Assembly: GCA_051362555.1 (NCBI GenBank)
Contig: CM120644.1
Location: 21,722,534 to 21,786,533 of the forward strand
Direction of reading: 5' to 3'
From: Lingula anatina
Lineage: Eukaryota > Animalia > Brachiopoda
DNA: 64,000 nt
The notes beneath the pieces are model-generated. The model worked only from the letters and a program-made list of their open reading frames with translations. It was not told where the DNA came from and did not search any database. How positions within the stretch are numbered: the first letter of the stretch is position 1; each line of letters opens with the position of its first letter. A program made the translations under genes and the position numbers. Below, piece after piece: positions 1-11,933 of the stretch.

Positions 1-14
1 TTTTCAAAGACCGA

Positions 15-90
15 CGTGTCCCGGCGGAGATTTGAACCCACGTCCTCCTGATTCGGAGGTGGGGACTCTAACCACTAGACCATCCGATTG
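15..90 (-). mobile_element. tRNA-derived SINE head (or tRNA pseudogene)
   Basis: Minus strand reads GGATGGTCTAGTGGTTAGAGTCCCCACCTCCGAATCAGGAGGACGTGGGTTCAAATCTCCGCCGGG. It has an A-box (TGGTCTAGTGG) and B-box (GGTTCAAATC) at tRNA spacing but no clean acceptor stem. Confidence 0.6.
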
Positions 91-452
91 CATATGACAT
101 AGGAAAAGCAATAACGAACAGTTTGTAAATCTGGTAATAAACAGCATGACACACACACACACACACACATATTCCCAGCCCGAGAGCAACTGAGCTGCCG
201 CTAGGGGGAATTTAGACACACCGGAAGTTATAATATTTTGAATCGAGTAAAATTCTGAAGATTTACAAGGTGTCAGAAACGGTGGAATATCTGGACTATT
301 AAGCCAATGAAAGTACTATTATGCATTTTCTCATTTAAAAAAAATAAATTTCAATTTCGATGGGATGCATTTTGAGTTGATCTAGGTCCGATTTTGTGTA
401 AAAAAATGAGTTTGAAATCGAAATTCTGTGAAAGCAATTACATTATATATAC

Positions 453-488
<36 letters not shown>

Positions 489-1007
489 CTGTACAGATCT
501 ACTGGAACCATTTTCAGTGGTTAAACTACATTGTGATGATACAATAACAATTGGCATAAGCAACAGCATAGGTCAAAAATATCCTTAATTAATTGCATAT
601 GCCAGAGGTTGTGTCATGGTGCTCTACATGAATGTTGCAAAGCATTTGGAATTGATGGGTGCTACTGTCATCAGGGTTGCAGGTTCCATTCATGTGGTCT
701 TCATTTAAGCCTAGTAGAAATAAAAAAATCAATAGCATATAATATTCCAACTATGAAAATATTCTTTATCTAATGATAAAAATAACATACCGGGAAAATT
801 TACACACACATGCACACAAGAACTGAAATAAATACAATAATAGTAATTTCTGACAATTTAGTCTTTAAGCCACTGTATTGAACATTCTCAATCAACGACA
901 GTATAAAAAATGGAAGGGTAAAAAAATCTTATATGTACCCCCGTATTTAGGTTATTATAGACTACCCCCACCCCCCGCACACACTCGAGAGCGCATACAC
1001 ACCCGGT

Positions 1008-1009
1008 AC

Positions 1010-1058
<49 letters not shown>

Positions 1059-1068
1059 GTAGAGAGAG
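1008..1068. repeat. Compound (GT)n(GA)n microsatellite upstream of exon 3 (also about 30358-30457, 43394-43442, 48017-48060, 52566-52610)
   Basis: Directly visible; retained at the same intronic position in five paralogs. Confidence 0.9.
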
Positions 1069-1246
1069 AACTTACATTACAACATTAAGATTCAGTGTCT
1101 TCAGAATGTACCTGTGGTCAAACCAAGTTTAAAAACTACGGTCGATCTAAATTATGTCAAGATAAACATCTCATATTATGGACAAAGTGTGCCAGCGTAA
1201 GGAGCACCAAGATGTCAAATAATGCAAAGCCTCTTATTACTTTCAG

Positions 1247-2194
1247 CAGAACGGATTGGATGATGACGTCATTCCAGAAAAATGGCTTGAGGAAATACGA
1301 AGAAGAAAAAAACTTGTGTCCGAGGCATGCGAGAAGTACAAATCTGTAAAAATACCTCTGACAAAAGAGTGGATTAAAGAAAACGGCGACCATCTCATCG
1401 TAGAAGACCAGTATAAAATCATATATTGCCGCGTACCTAAATCTGGGAACACAAGTTGGAAGCGCCTTTTGCTAGCACTGTCTGGCATTATAAACGATAC
1501 TTCTATGGCTCATGGCAAAAACGGATTTAACCCACGTGATTTGGTTAAAAAATATTTGCATACGTTGGATACACTGACGTTTTCGGAAGCAAAACAAAAA
1601 CTTGAGACTCACTTGAAAGTAATGTATTTGAGACATCCTTTGGAAAGATTACTTTCTGCATACCGTAATAAGTTGGAAAACAATCCTTGGACACATGAGG
1701 GTGTCTCATCGCAAGTGGTTCCATACGTTATGAGACACTATCGCGGTGTAGAACCCATTCTTCCCGTCAGTGTGAGCCAACGTCGTGGACGGATATCTGG
1801 CGTCCTTCCATCTGGAGAAGAGTTTAGTTTTCCAAAAGATGAACCGCCAAGTTGGGTACCAAAGATAACATTTGAAGAATTCCTTCGTTACGTTGGTGAC
1901 AACCCAAACTTTCTTAATGGTCATTGGGCGCCCCCAAACGATTTATGTCACCCATGTGTCATTCAATATGACGTCATAGGGTATTTTGGGACAATAAGCG
2001 AAGATGCAAACAACATTTTGAAACTGGTGCATGCGTACCCAGCATTCAAATTTCCAAATATGTTCCTTAATCCAGAAACAACGTCTAATTTGGTAAAAAG
2101 ATATTATTCATCAGTATCAAAATCGACGTTGCAGAAAATTCGTCCAATTTACGCACTTGATGCAGCAATGTCAGCAGCTAATTTACGTATTTAG
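1247..2194 (+). CDS. Carbohydrate sulfotransferase (CHST11-like, Sulfotransfer_2), copy 1, catalytic last exon; upstream exons lie outside the window
   Basis: 5'-PSB motif YCRVPKSGNTSWK, 3'-PB motif RHPLERLLSAYRNK, and TFEEF, HW...LCHPC..YD.IG motifs of the HNK-1ST/CHST8-14 family. Acceptor tactttcag|CAG ends at 1246; 948 nt to TAG. Confidence 0.9.
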   Translation, partial: QNGLDDDVIPEKWLEEIRRRKKLVSEACEKYKSVKIPLTKEWIKENGDHLIVEDQYKIIYCRVPKSGNTSWKRLLLALSGIINDTSMAHGKNGFNPRDLVKKYLHTLDTLTFSEAKQKLETHLKVMYLRHPLERLLSAYRNKLENNPWTHEGVSSQVVPYVMRHYRGVEPILPVSVSQRRGRISGVLPSGEEFSFPKDEPPSWVPKITFEEFLRYVGDNPNFLNGHWAPPNDLCHPCVIQYDVIGYFGTISEDANNILKLVHAYPAFKFPNMFLNPETTSNLVKRYYSSVSKSTLQKIRPIYALDAAMSAANLRI

Positions 2195-2520
2195 TTAAAG
2201 ATGAAGAAGTTTTTTTGCCACAAAAGTCAACCATATACCACTGCATCCAAATAGTGTAACTGGGAGGAATATCAAAAAACATCACTGAATATTACCTGAA
2301 AAATGATATTTGAGCAGATTTTCTGCTTGCTTTCTTTGATATAAACGTTTGATATAAACGGGGCAGATATAAAAGCTAGATAAGTAGGTCAAATTTATGA
2401 AAAATTGAAAGAGAATTAAGGTGCAGTTTATAGCTCTTTTGTGGCTGATCGTGTGATTTATTCAGTTGATCCCTTGGCATTGTACACATTATTTTAGTCG
2501 TATTATGGCGCATTCAGAAA

Positions 2521-2675
2521 AGCAAACTAACAGATCCGCGGATCAAATATGACCGACCCACTTGAATGCTTGTTGCGTGATCTCCAAGGGGAATCTTTTC
2601 AGTGCCCAATTCGAAATTAAGCGGCAAGCTTTTTAGTGTGTCGCCAAATTTGATCCGCGGATCTGTTAGTTTGCT
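2521..2675. mobile_element. Short MITE-like element with 28-bp inverted termini
   Basis: AGCAAACTAACAGATCCGCGGATCAAAT at 2521 and its exact reverse complement at 2648-2675; not seen in the 3' flanks of the other paralogs. Confidence 0.6.
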
Positions 2676-3496
2676 GCATCAGCCCCTAGAAACCAGTGGG
2701 GATTCACGTTCCACAACGCTCAGTTCGAATGTACCTTTAAACTGAGTTTGCGTTCTGTTAGCACCTCAGAGCAATTCCTGCACTAACGGCTGCTATGTCC
2801 ATATTGATGGCGATGACAATTTACCGGTAATTTGGCGTCCTTAAGGTGGGAGCAATAAAATGGCGGGACTTGTACGAGGCCTCGTTAGTTGGGCACCACG
2901 TTGGCCTCAATATCGGCAATATAAATAGATAAATAAATACGGAATTTAAATGAGCATATATCGTGTTTTATATCTAAAATGAATCTGTTTTTATTATCTG
3001 ATACTAAATACGTAAAAATTGTTTGCAAAAAAAAGCAAACACACACACACACACTTTATATACATGGAGACGTACATTGAGTATGGTAATCGGTAGAACG
3101 ATAACAGTATATATTTGGATTATAAAGATGATTTGCCCGCATAATCACTTTTTCAGGTCTAATCTTGATAAAGGCGCAAAGAATTGATAAATTTCAGTTC
3201 TCATTCAGTAGTTGTCTGTCCTATGCATTACCAAGATCAATGCATGCTGATCAAATATTGATTCCAGTGAATGTAGAAAACTGCCCACATTATTGAAAAG
3301 ACACCGCCAACTGGCACGTGATTACTTCACTAAACACGGCACGTTGGTGAAAATAGTTCTTGGTGGAGGTCTTCGCTGTGGTTTCCTAATGGAATGGAAG
3401 GTCATCTGGAGTCGTCACTGCATCGAGACTTCTACGCACCGATTCCCCTCGCCTCCAGTACCTGTCGGCTGCTGCGTCGTCGTCGCCGTGCACTTG

Positions 3497-3902
3497 GTCT
3501 TACCAGCCAATACTTCGTCTGCTTGCAGTCTTACCAGCCAATATTTCGTCTGCTTGCAGTCTTACCAGCCAATATTTCGTCTGCTTGCAGTTTTACCAGC
3601 CAATATCTCGTCTGCTTGCAGTCTTACCAGCCAATATTTCGTCTGCTTGCAGTCTTACCAGCCAATATTTCGTCTGCTTGCAGTCTTATCAGCCAATATT
3701 TCGTCTGCTCGCAGTCCTACCAGCCAATATTTCGTCTGCTTGCAGTCTTACCAGCCAATATTTCGTCTGCTTGCAGTCTTACCAGCCAATACTTCGTCTG
3801 CTTGCAGTCTTACCAGCCAATATTTCGTCTGCTTGCAGACTTACCAGCCAATACTTCGCCTGCTTGCAGTCTTACCAGCCAATATTTCGCCTGCTTGCAG
3901 TC
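3497..3902. repeat. 31-bp minisatellite, about 13 copies
   Basis: Unit GTCTTACCAGCCAATATTTCGTCTGCTTGCA repeated head-to-tail with 0-2 substitutions per unit. It explains the three overlapping repetitive ORFs. Confidence 0.95.
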
Positions 3903-4061
3903 AGACATCATCATGTTGTCACATCTATCACAACCTCATTCCCTGGCTGATAAGAACAGACAAATACAAGTAGTTATAGACAAAAAGAATCTTTACAAGT
4001 CTATGGACCACAGTATCTTGATAGGCTACTGAGGGTCTCAGCAATGTACATGCAGTGCTTA

Positions 4062-4517
4062 TGCCCCTATTTCACACAGACCACGAATCCCACGAATCGC
4101 CAGGAATTGAAAAATTTCAGGATTCGTGAGATTTTGCCAATTTTCTGGTCTAATTCGATACGCTCTACGATTCAGTTACCATACAGGTGCGATAGTGTTA
4201 CGAATATTCGTGGGATTCGGCTGGAATCTCACGAATATTGTCCATACATTCACTACGATTTTTTGGAATCGTGAGTTCGTGGCCAAAATTTTGAACAGCT
4301 CAAAATTTTTGCGATTCGTGGGATCGTGGTCTGTGTGAAAGAGGGGCATCAAAGTTTTTGCCACTAATTCCTGTTGGTCAAGAAGTGCAAGAACTGACTA
4401 CGAATATATACGAATCTGTTAAGAACTTCACGAACTGATTTCGATTCAACCACGAATCCTGAAATTTATCAATTCATGGCCATTCGTGGGATTCTTGGTC
4501 TGTGTGAAATAGGGGCA
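4062..4517. mobile_element. PIF/Harbinger-type MITE
   Basis: TIR TGCCCCTATTTCACACAGACCA at both ends, TTA on both flanks (4059-4061, 4518-4520), and many internal CACGAAT/ATTCGTG motifs. Confidence 0.8.
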
Positions 4518-4828
4518 TTACGTAGACACAATAACTGCATTTTACCGTCATTGGCCATCCGTATTTAACCGTCCAGGACCTGAGGTAGGATGTAGAGTTA
4601 TTTCATTTTCGTTAAGGGAATGTCAGGGTGTTTGGAAGGAGGGTGCAGCTGAGTATCGGCAGTATATATTGTACTGAGTTCTTCAAGATATTGCGGTGTA
4701 TATTTTACTCTATAATAATAATAAGGGGCCCTAATCCGAATACAGAAGATTCAACATTCGGTACATTCCCGACTTGGGTTATGCCAGGAGAGAAAAGCAC
4801 CACAACACCACAGCTTAGTTATCAAATC

Positions 4829-5905
4829 CAGGCCTACCCAACTACCAGACTCGGCACCTAATGATCCTGAATTCACCGGTAGATCGGACCACAACAGCCA
4901 TTTTCAAGGATTGTATCAGTACGTGCTTCGAAGTAACAGACGCGACACCGCTCTTGCCTAGAACGCGATGTGATAGTGATGATTCTCAGCGGGGTTGGAA
5001 AGTAGTGCATCTCATTTCAAAATTTGTTCCGGTGTAACATGAAAATCTGACTCCCCCAAAATGTGACTCCCCAGTCAGATTTTCACTATGAAAATGTGAC
5101 TCCCCCCATGAAATTTTGACTCCCCCCCCACAAAACTTTATAAATCTTATTTTATTTTGAGTATATGGTTTTTATATTGTAGTATGCATAATGGAGGATA
5201 CATTGGTACTTTTTGTTAGTTTGCAGCTGAAAATGTTAATGAGAAAATAAGAAAATTAAAAATGTGTATTTTCCACCCAGTGACTCCCCTAAGAAAAAGC
5301 TATTTGATATTTGGCGATCATTTCAACATTTTTCCCTTAAGTGCACTTTATGAAGAATAGATTGGATATATCTTCATATTCATACCCATGGGATTTGGAC
5401 TCCCATGAAGAAAAGGCCCTATTTTATATTCAGTTACCCCACAACACAGGTCCTTTTTCACATGGTTTGCATTGTGACGTATATTTTTTTAGCATTTAAG
5501 TTTGGTGGTGAAAATTTTGGTGAACATTGATAATTTTTGAAACAAGCATTCATCTTACTAACTGTAGGATTTGGACTCCCGTAGTCTAGCCTTTTCATAG
5601 GAGACATTGGGTGGAAAAATACACATTTTTAATTTTTTTTAATTTTCTCATGAAAATTTTCAAAAAGTGCCAATGCATCCACCATTATGTATACTACAAG
5701 ATAAAAGTTATATACTCAAATAAAAAAGATTTATAAAGTTTTGTGAGGGGAGTCAATATTTAATGGAGGGAGTCAGATTTTCATTATGGAATTTTGACTG
5801 GGGAGTCAGATTTTCATGGGAGTCAGATTTTCATATTACACCGGGTATGATACTGTGAAATGCGTACTGACGCCGAGTGCCGAGTCTGGTAGTTGGGTAG
5901 TCCTG
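4829..5905. mobile_element. Non-autonomous DNA transposon, 29-bp TIR and 5-bp TSD, hosting a nested element
   Basis: CAGGCCTACCCAACTACCAGACTCGGCAC at 4829 and its inverted copy (1 mismatch) at 5877-5905; AAATC flanks both sides. Confidence 0.75.
5029..5844. mobile_element. Long-TIR fold-back element (possibly MULE-like), nested
   Basis: Termini CCGGTGTAACATGAAAATCTGACTCCC / GGGAGTCAGATTTTCATATTACACCGG; inverted arms of about 250 bp; subterminal GACTCCCC repeats. No TSD seen, so the superfamily is uncertain. Confidence 0.75.
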
Positions 5906-6774
5906 AAATCTATACTCTCTTTATTCCCAGGATTTTGTCTGGTTTATCCAAAACCGCGTGGTTGTAAATTTACGTTAGATAAGTCCTAGTAAATTGAGAT
6001 ATAATAGCAATTACTACACGAAAGTAAAATGGGACCAATTAACGTTAGATTACATTGTTAATACGAGCAGCGTACCCATGCCCACGGCTTAATTAAAATC
6101 AATTCCCGTATTTAAGATATATTCTGCGGCCTGCACAATATGCGAAAATGTAGGGGGTAGAAACCTGTGAAAAGCATGTGGTTTCACCAAGAGGTAGTGC
6201 CTTGTGATTACGAGAAGAGGTAGTGTACACATCTAAGAGGAACACCATGCACTAGTACTGACAGACCAAATTCCTTATTCTGGTATCTATTCTGTCCTGC
6301 TATTTTAATAGCAGGACAGAATAGATACTGTCTTAAAAGACAGCGGAGAAACTCAAGGACTGCCTCACATCCCGATACTCTCCTGTTGCGGATCCCATGC
6401 CAAACGAACACAAACAACGGGAAAATGTTCACACCTTTATTCACGCACATACACTGACATGGTGAAACTAAAAAATAACAAAATAATGAAAGGTAAACAC
6501 CAAACTGATAATATAAAAATACACAAATATAATATAAACTGAATACAAATATAAAAAGAAATAATGAATTAATTATAAGAAATGGGAAATGTTGTGCATA
6601 CTATAAATTTGGCTAGACAACACGACTTATGCTTTTACATATACATGGTGCAAATGGTTAACAATACGTACAGAGAAATGTAGCTTTTCCCGCTCGATGG
6701 TGATCCACAGATTTTGCCGAAGTGACTACTAAATCCTGACACTTGGCGACCTGAGCCTTCTGCTCGTCAATTCA

Positions 6775-6984
6775 GCCCCCTTTACACTGGACGGCGTCCC
6801 TTCTGCGTCCAACAGTTCGGCCCCATTTGAGAGTTAAAGAATTATAATACTTTACGTGCCGACAACTGGCCGATCATTGAGCATTCATTCTGATACCAAA
6901 TCAATGCTCGTGCCTCCTTATTAAGACCACAGCGATGCCAAATTTCATGGTCGCAGAAAGGACGCCGTCCAGTGTAAAGGGGAT
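6775..6984. mobile_element. Small Harbinger-like MITE
   Basis: CCCCTTTACACTGGACGGCGTCC(C)TTCTGCG at about 6777 and inverted CGCAGAAAGGACGCCGTCCAGTGTAAAGGGG ending 6982. Confidence 0.65.
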
Positions 6985-7146
6985 ATTACAAACGTGGCCG
7001 TGCCCAGATCTACTGCTGGCCGTATATATACTGAGCAAATCATTTGCATAACAAAACAAAGATGACTAGTAATACGACCGTAACCGCAACTTGTTGTCGT
7101 AAGCGACAACACTCCCATAGGAAAGTCAGGCCTCATAAACGATCGC

Positions 7147-7807
7147 TAGCTTCAGATTCCCTGGCGCATTAAACGCCAATGTTAACGAGCCCCACCTCAG
7201 ATTAACAAACACAACGTAAAGTTACCGAGCACAAACTTAGCGTTTCCATGCACTATCAATTTGTCCAGCTTCCATCGGGGCCCCCGGTTGCTTACATACG
7301 GGTTCTTTTTATCAACTTAGGACTATTTTCAAGATGGTGGAAAATACAAGAGACATAATGGTGGAACTTTCAGAGATTTCTGGGCGCAAACGAGTTATAT
7401 TATCTCCCCTTTCTGTCTCTTTGACGAAAGAGAAAGGATTGAAAACGTCCACGCCATGGCCAAATAAAATTATTCGTCGACTATTTTCACCGACTCAGAA
7501 ATATCTGTTTCCATGTATCAATATTTTAACTTGAGCAAAATAAACGTAGAATATATAAAAATTCTCAAAACAAACCAAACTGCTGCATTAGTATGTTCCA
7601 CTATCCATACCGCGTATGAATACAGCAGCAATGCGTTCTCGACAACCTTCGGCTCATACGTAACATACCAAACGGGCAGATATGCGGATCAACGGGTAGT
7701 GCTTGGAAACGCTAAGTTAGTGCTCGTTAACTTAACGTTGTGCTTGTTAATCTGAGGGGGGGGGGGGGCTCGTTAATATTGGCGTTTGCACTCGGGAATC
7801 TGAGGCT
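7147..7807. mobile_element. MITE with about 115-bp imperfect TIRs
   Basis: AGCTTCAGATTCCC...AACGCCAATGTTAACGAGCCCC.CCTCAGATTAACAA...CTTAGCGTTTCCA is mirrored at about 7697-7807. Confidence 0.7.
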
Positions 7808-8038
7808 CGTTCTGGGATGCGCCTAATCAATTTATGTGGCCTGAAAGTGAGAAGCACTCGGTTTATCATTCATGTACATCAAAAGCCGCTGACCGGTATA
7901 AAAGGACAGCACAGTAACATGACTATTTATATATGTACACCCATGAATAGATAATTATTAATTACAATCAGTGCTGTATCTCTATTATGTCCGGGCTTAT
8001 ATGCCGATTGCTTTTTCTCTAGTAGGCGATCGATATCT

Positions 8039-8400
8039 TTCTCACAGACCACGAATCCCACGAATCGCCAGAAATTGACAAATTTCAGGATTCGTGAGGA
8101 TTCGTGAGGATTCGTGAGATTTTGCCAATTTTCTGGTCTAATTCGATTCGGCTGGAATCGCACGAATATTGTCCAGAAATTCACTACGATATTTTGGAAT
8201 CGGGAGTTCGTGGCCAAAATTTTGAACAGCTCAAAAATTTTGCCACGAATTCCCGATTGATCAAGAATTGCCAGAACTGACTAAGAATATATACGAATCT
8301 GTTAAGAACTTCACGAACTGATTACGATTCAACCACGAATCCTGAAATTCGTCAATTCATGGCCATTCGTGGGATTCGTGGTCTGTGTGAAATAGGGGCA
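8039..8400. mobile_element. Second, left-eroded copy of the Harbinger-type MITE at 4062
   Basis: Collinear with 4070-4517; right TIR GTCTGTGTGAAATAGGGGCA is followed by TAA. Confidence 0.8.
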
Positions 8401-8682
8401 TAAGACAGGTGAAACACTGCCCTAAAGTTTTGTGGGAGAGATGTCAAGATTTGCGATTTTCAAGATACAAATCGGATTGAAAGACAAAGAATCCTAAAAC
8501 CCGTATTTTTATGTTCATTCAGTTTCAATATTGGCCCGCATCGAATGTACAGTACTTGCCACATTAATATACAATAAATGACCTTAAATTGTTTATAAGT
8601 CTGTTAGGTGAACTGTTATAATTGCACTTTTCATCTCCACGAGGTATAGTTGATATTTCGATCAGTTAATTACCTTGCCAAT

Positions 8683-9075
8683 ATGAAGTGGGTGTGTCGT
8701 ACAATGCTGGGATTTCTTCTCGTTGCTTTTTGCATCTTTGTCGTCTCATTGCACGTGGGAGGTAAGACCTTTTGCTCCCTCCTTCTCATGCTCTCCTACA
8801 TTAAATCAATATATTATCTGCAGGAACGAATACAATTTCAATAACTAGAAGCAATGATAACAGTTTTAAGTGCAAAGGTGGAAAGCATATAATCATTACG
8901 CGTCTGAAGTATTCAATTTTATAGTTAAAGTGGCATTTAATGAATTCCAGGGCGTTCTACGCGTGATACTATTCATCTTAAACTTGATGAAAAGGTAGAT
9001 CAGCTCGAGGCGACTACGATACCTATACAAGATATAATGGCAATGATGGGAAATGGACATAGTGAAAATGACCAG
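8683..9075 (+). CDS. Sulfotransferase copy 2, coding exons 1 (8683-8761, signal anchor) and 2 (8951-9075, stem)
   Basis: ATG MKWVCRTMLGFLLVAFCIFVVSLHVG then G|gtaag (phase 1); ttccag|GG...GACCAG|gtaag, 125 nt (phase 0). Joins exon 3 in frame to give 383 aa. Confidence 0.85.
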
Positions 9076-9399
9076 GTAAGAATTAAGTGTATGCACACAT
9101 GAATGCAAAAACTGTAAAATATAATTTACTACCCGCAGTTCATTTTGACATGAGGACATTGCAAAACATTTGTCTCTGAATGCTACTTTCATACCATGAA
9201 TCATCAATCTAGAACGAACATGTTGAATGTCGTGAATTATAACGATTTATGTCAAGATCTAGAATATTCCTTTTTTTTCAAATAAACCATATTTTTCAAT
9301 GAACATGTCATAAAAATAAGGCCAAGTGCAGGCCCGAGTAAAAAAACTGTGCAATGACAAGGCCTGCCGGCCGAAGTATATTCCAGGAGGTGAATTTGG

Positions 9400-10330
9400 A
9401 AACGACTTACCTGATAGTCTTACCTCGCACTGCTTCATATATGCAGATGAAATACTTCAATCTTTATCCGTCTACGCCCGATGACAGTAATACCCAAGAC
9501 ACCCTCCAATACGACACATATACCATACCCTGAAACACGATCATCTAAGTGGAAACTTACTTTTTAAACCTAAAAAGTGCCACAAAGAGACTTTTAATAT
9601 GAAAAGCAAAAAATGCAGACAAGTACAGTCCCTTTGACGACACGCCTATAACAAAGAGAAAAATACAAACACCTTGGGTTTATTCTTTATCACAAGCTTG
9701 ATTGCTCTGAATGCACTACATATATTTTAACCAAGGTTAAAAAAGCATTAAATCCTTTAAAACCGCCTTCTAAAACTCTAAACCTAAAAAATATACTCTA
9801 CAATGTGTACATTTCTCTGTTTGACTATTGCGATGTCCTCTATAGCACAGTGTCTCTACAGAATCCATCAAAACTCCCTCCGGTATCAGGCTAGCCTTAC
9901 TATAAGGAGGGCCCTGTAGTCAAAGTAGTCAAACAACTTAACTGGATTTCCCTGGAGGAATCTAGAAGGAATCAAAAAGATATGTATAATATTCACAATC
10001 AAGAAATGAATCCACGCTTGCTTTGAGAACATCCTTGAAAGGAGACTACATAGTCCCCAAATAATCTGCATACAAAGGCCCTAATACTAAACGCTTTTTT
10101 TATGACAAGCTGGGATGATTTAACATCACACAGAAAAGTTCACTCTATGCAACTTCACTCAAATATAATCTTAAAAACGAAAAACTTCCACCAGCAACAA
10201 TTTCCACCACACATCTAAATCTCCAAATACATAATGCAAAAACTGTAGTTTTCTTATATGACCACAAGTGGACAGATGTGACTTCTCCCATCTGTTAATG
10301 TGGAAAAGCTTTAACCATTCGAAATTTTTC
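9400..10330 (+). mobile_element. Degenerate non-LTR retrotransposon (LINE) reverse transcriptase fragment
   Basis: Translates NDLPDSLTSHCFIYADE (resembles NDLP...FADD) then SKWKLTF*...KKC, typical of CR1/L2/Jockey-group RT; broken by stops and frameshifts. Right boundary approximate. Confidence 0.6.
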
Positions 10331-11272
10331 TTTCAATGGCCTCAGAAAAGGTTGAGATATTGTGCTTTCTACGAATCTTTTGAAGATACCCTTCGTGCCA
10401 ATTATGCACATTTTATGACTTAACTTGATAAGATTTCCCTGTTTCTACATGACAGAAAAAATTGAAAGAAAGTTTTGTTGTTATTTTGATTGAAGATTAA
10501 CGAATATGTCACCAAAACGTTGCAATTACAGATTAGAGAATAACGCTCAGTAACCCTTAAACTGTTATGCCTTCTAACGACTTGTTTAAAAACTCCGGAA
10601 TGGAAGGAATTTTTCGCTGTAGAGCTGGCAAAGGACGATTGATTAAGACTTATGCTACAGTCACGCGAGTTTTAAAACCCACCAGGATTGTGCTCTATCC
10701 ACGAAGTTAGAAAATCCTTGATACACACTTTTAACTACATGTATTTGCTACGCAATTCCCATTATTTCTTACGTAATATCAATAAAAACATATTCAAGCA
10801 TCCCCGTCTCAAAAATGAGCTGGATATGGTTCATATATTTTTCATAAATTTCTTTGACTTCTACCAAGAACTATAACGTATCAAAATTAGATTGAAATTG
10901 CTATGGCAGAATTTTTCATTTTTGCATTTTTCTGTCAATTAGGGCCGTTTTTGCAAATAACACACTGTAATAAAAGTAAAGCTTTTCGGACGCCACCTAT
11001 CGAAAAACAGCTGGATTACCCCCAATTTTCTTCATCTTCTTTACTTATATGGTGAGCACATTTTATCTCAAATTTTTTATCAAAATCGTGAGGGAAGGAA
11101 TGGTGTTTTGAGACAGCCTCCTAAAACGAGCTGCTGTGTACATCTAATAAGCTTTCTTATTATTTATGCATGTGCTTGATACTTGTACATCTGTGTATTT
11201 ATTGAAAACTTGCATGTATGCTGGTGCTAGCTTTAATTGAATTATCAATGATTCACAAAAACGGATGCAATA

Positions 11273-11640
11273 CAACATTGGTCCAAAAGGTTGTCCCACC
11301 CCCATTTCCATGTACTTTTAATTACAAATGATCAGCTCACAGGTGTAAATTGTTATAATTAGTGCTTTTTATTCCAGATACCATGTCTAAAATGATTAAT
11401 GGTTCAAAAAAATACAAAATAGTGGTGAAAATATACACATTTTATACAATTTAGTCAAATTTATAACAGGTACCCCCAAAATCCAATGTTTCATTGTGAT
11501 TTCTACAGATATAAAGAAATGTCTATTAAATTGAAAAGACGCCATCAAATGTCACCAAATTTACACACAATTAGCATTAGGATGTGCTCTTTAAAGGTCA
11601 CGTGCCTAATAGCGTGTGCGTCTACCGCATAGCCCAATTG
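11273..11640. mobile_element. Single arm of the Tc1/mariner-derived element
   Basis: TA|CAACATTGGTCCAAAAGGTTGTCCCACCCC, collinear with the arms at 21043, 40859 and 62492. Confidence 0.7.
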
Positions 11641-11933
11641 CAATTCTGGTACAGTTCTTACTTGTATAAATATGATAATTTTACAACACATAAGAAAAGC
11701 CAATATCTTATACAAATGTCTTTATACAGAAAAACTATAAGGAATAAAAGAAAACCAGTGTCTGTACAGCAGCGCTGACCTACTTCGAATGATCGCGTAC
11801 CCTTCTAACGTAATCTGTTCTCCGTTTGAATACAGCGCCCGCTGAATTACTCGCAAAAGACCCGTTAAACGATAATAAATACATATACAGGTAATACACA
11901 TCGACTAACGACAGTGCATTTTATTTCTTTCAG

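Noticed and set aside
15-90. Functional tRNA gene
   Set aside because: A and B boxes are present but the acceptor stem pairs poorly; more consistent with a SINE head.
3497-3902. CRISPR-like array of about 31-bp repeats
   Set aside because: Units are contiguous with no unique spacers, there are no cas genes, and the context is eukaryotic.
3293-4032. Three overlapping ORFs of 121-226 aa as genes
   Set aside because: They arise from the stop-free minisatellite; all frames give the same cyclic peptide.
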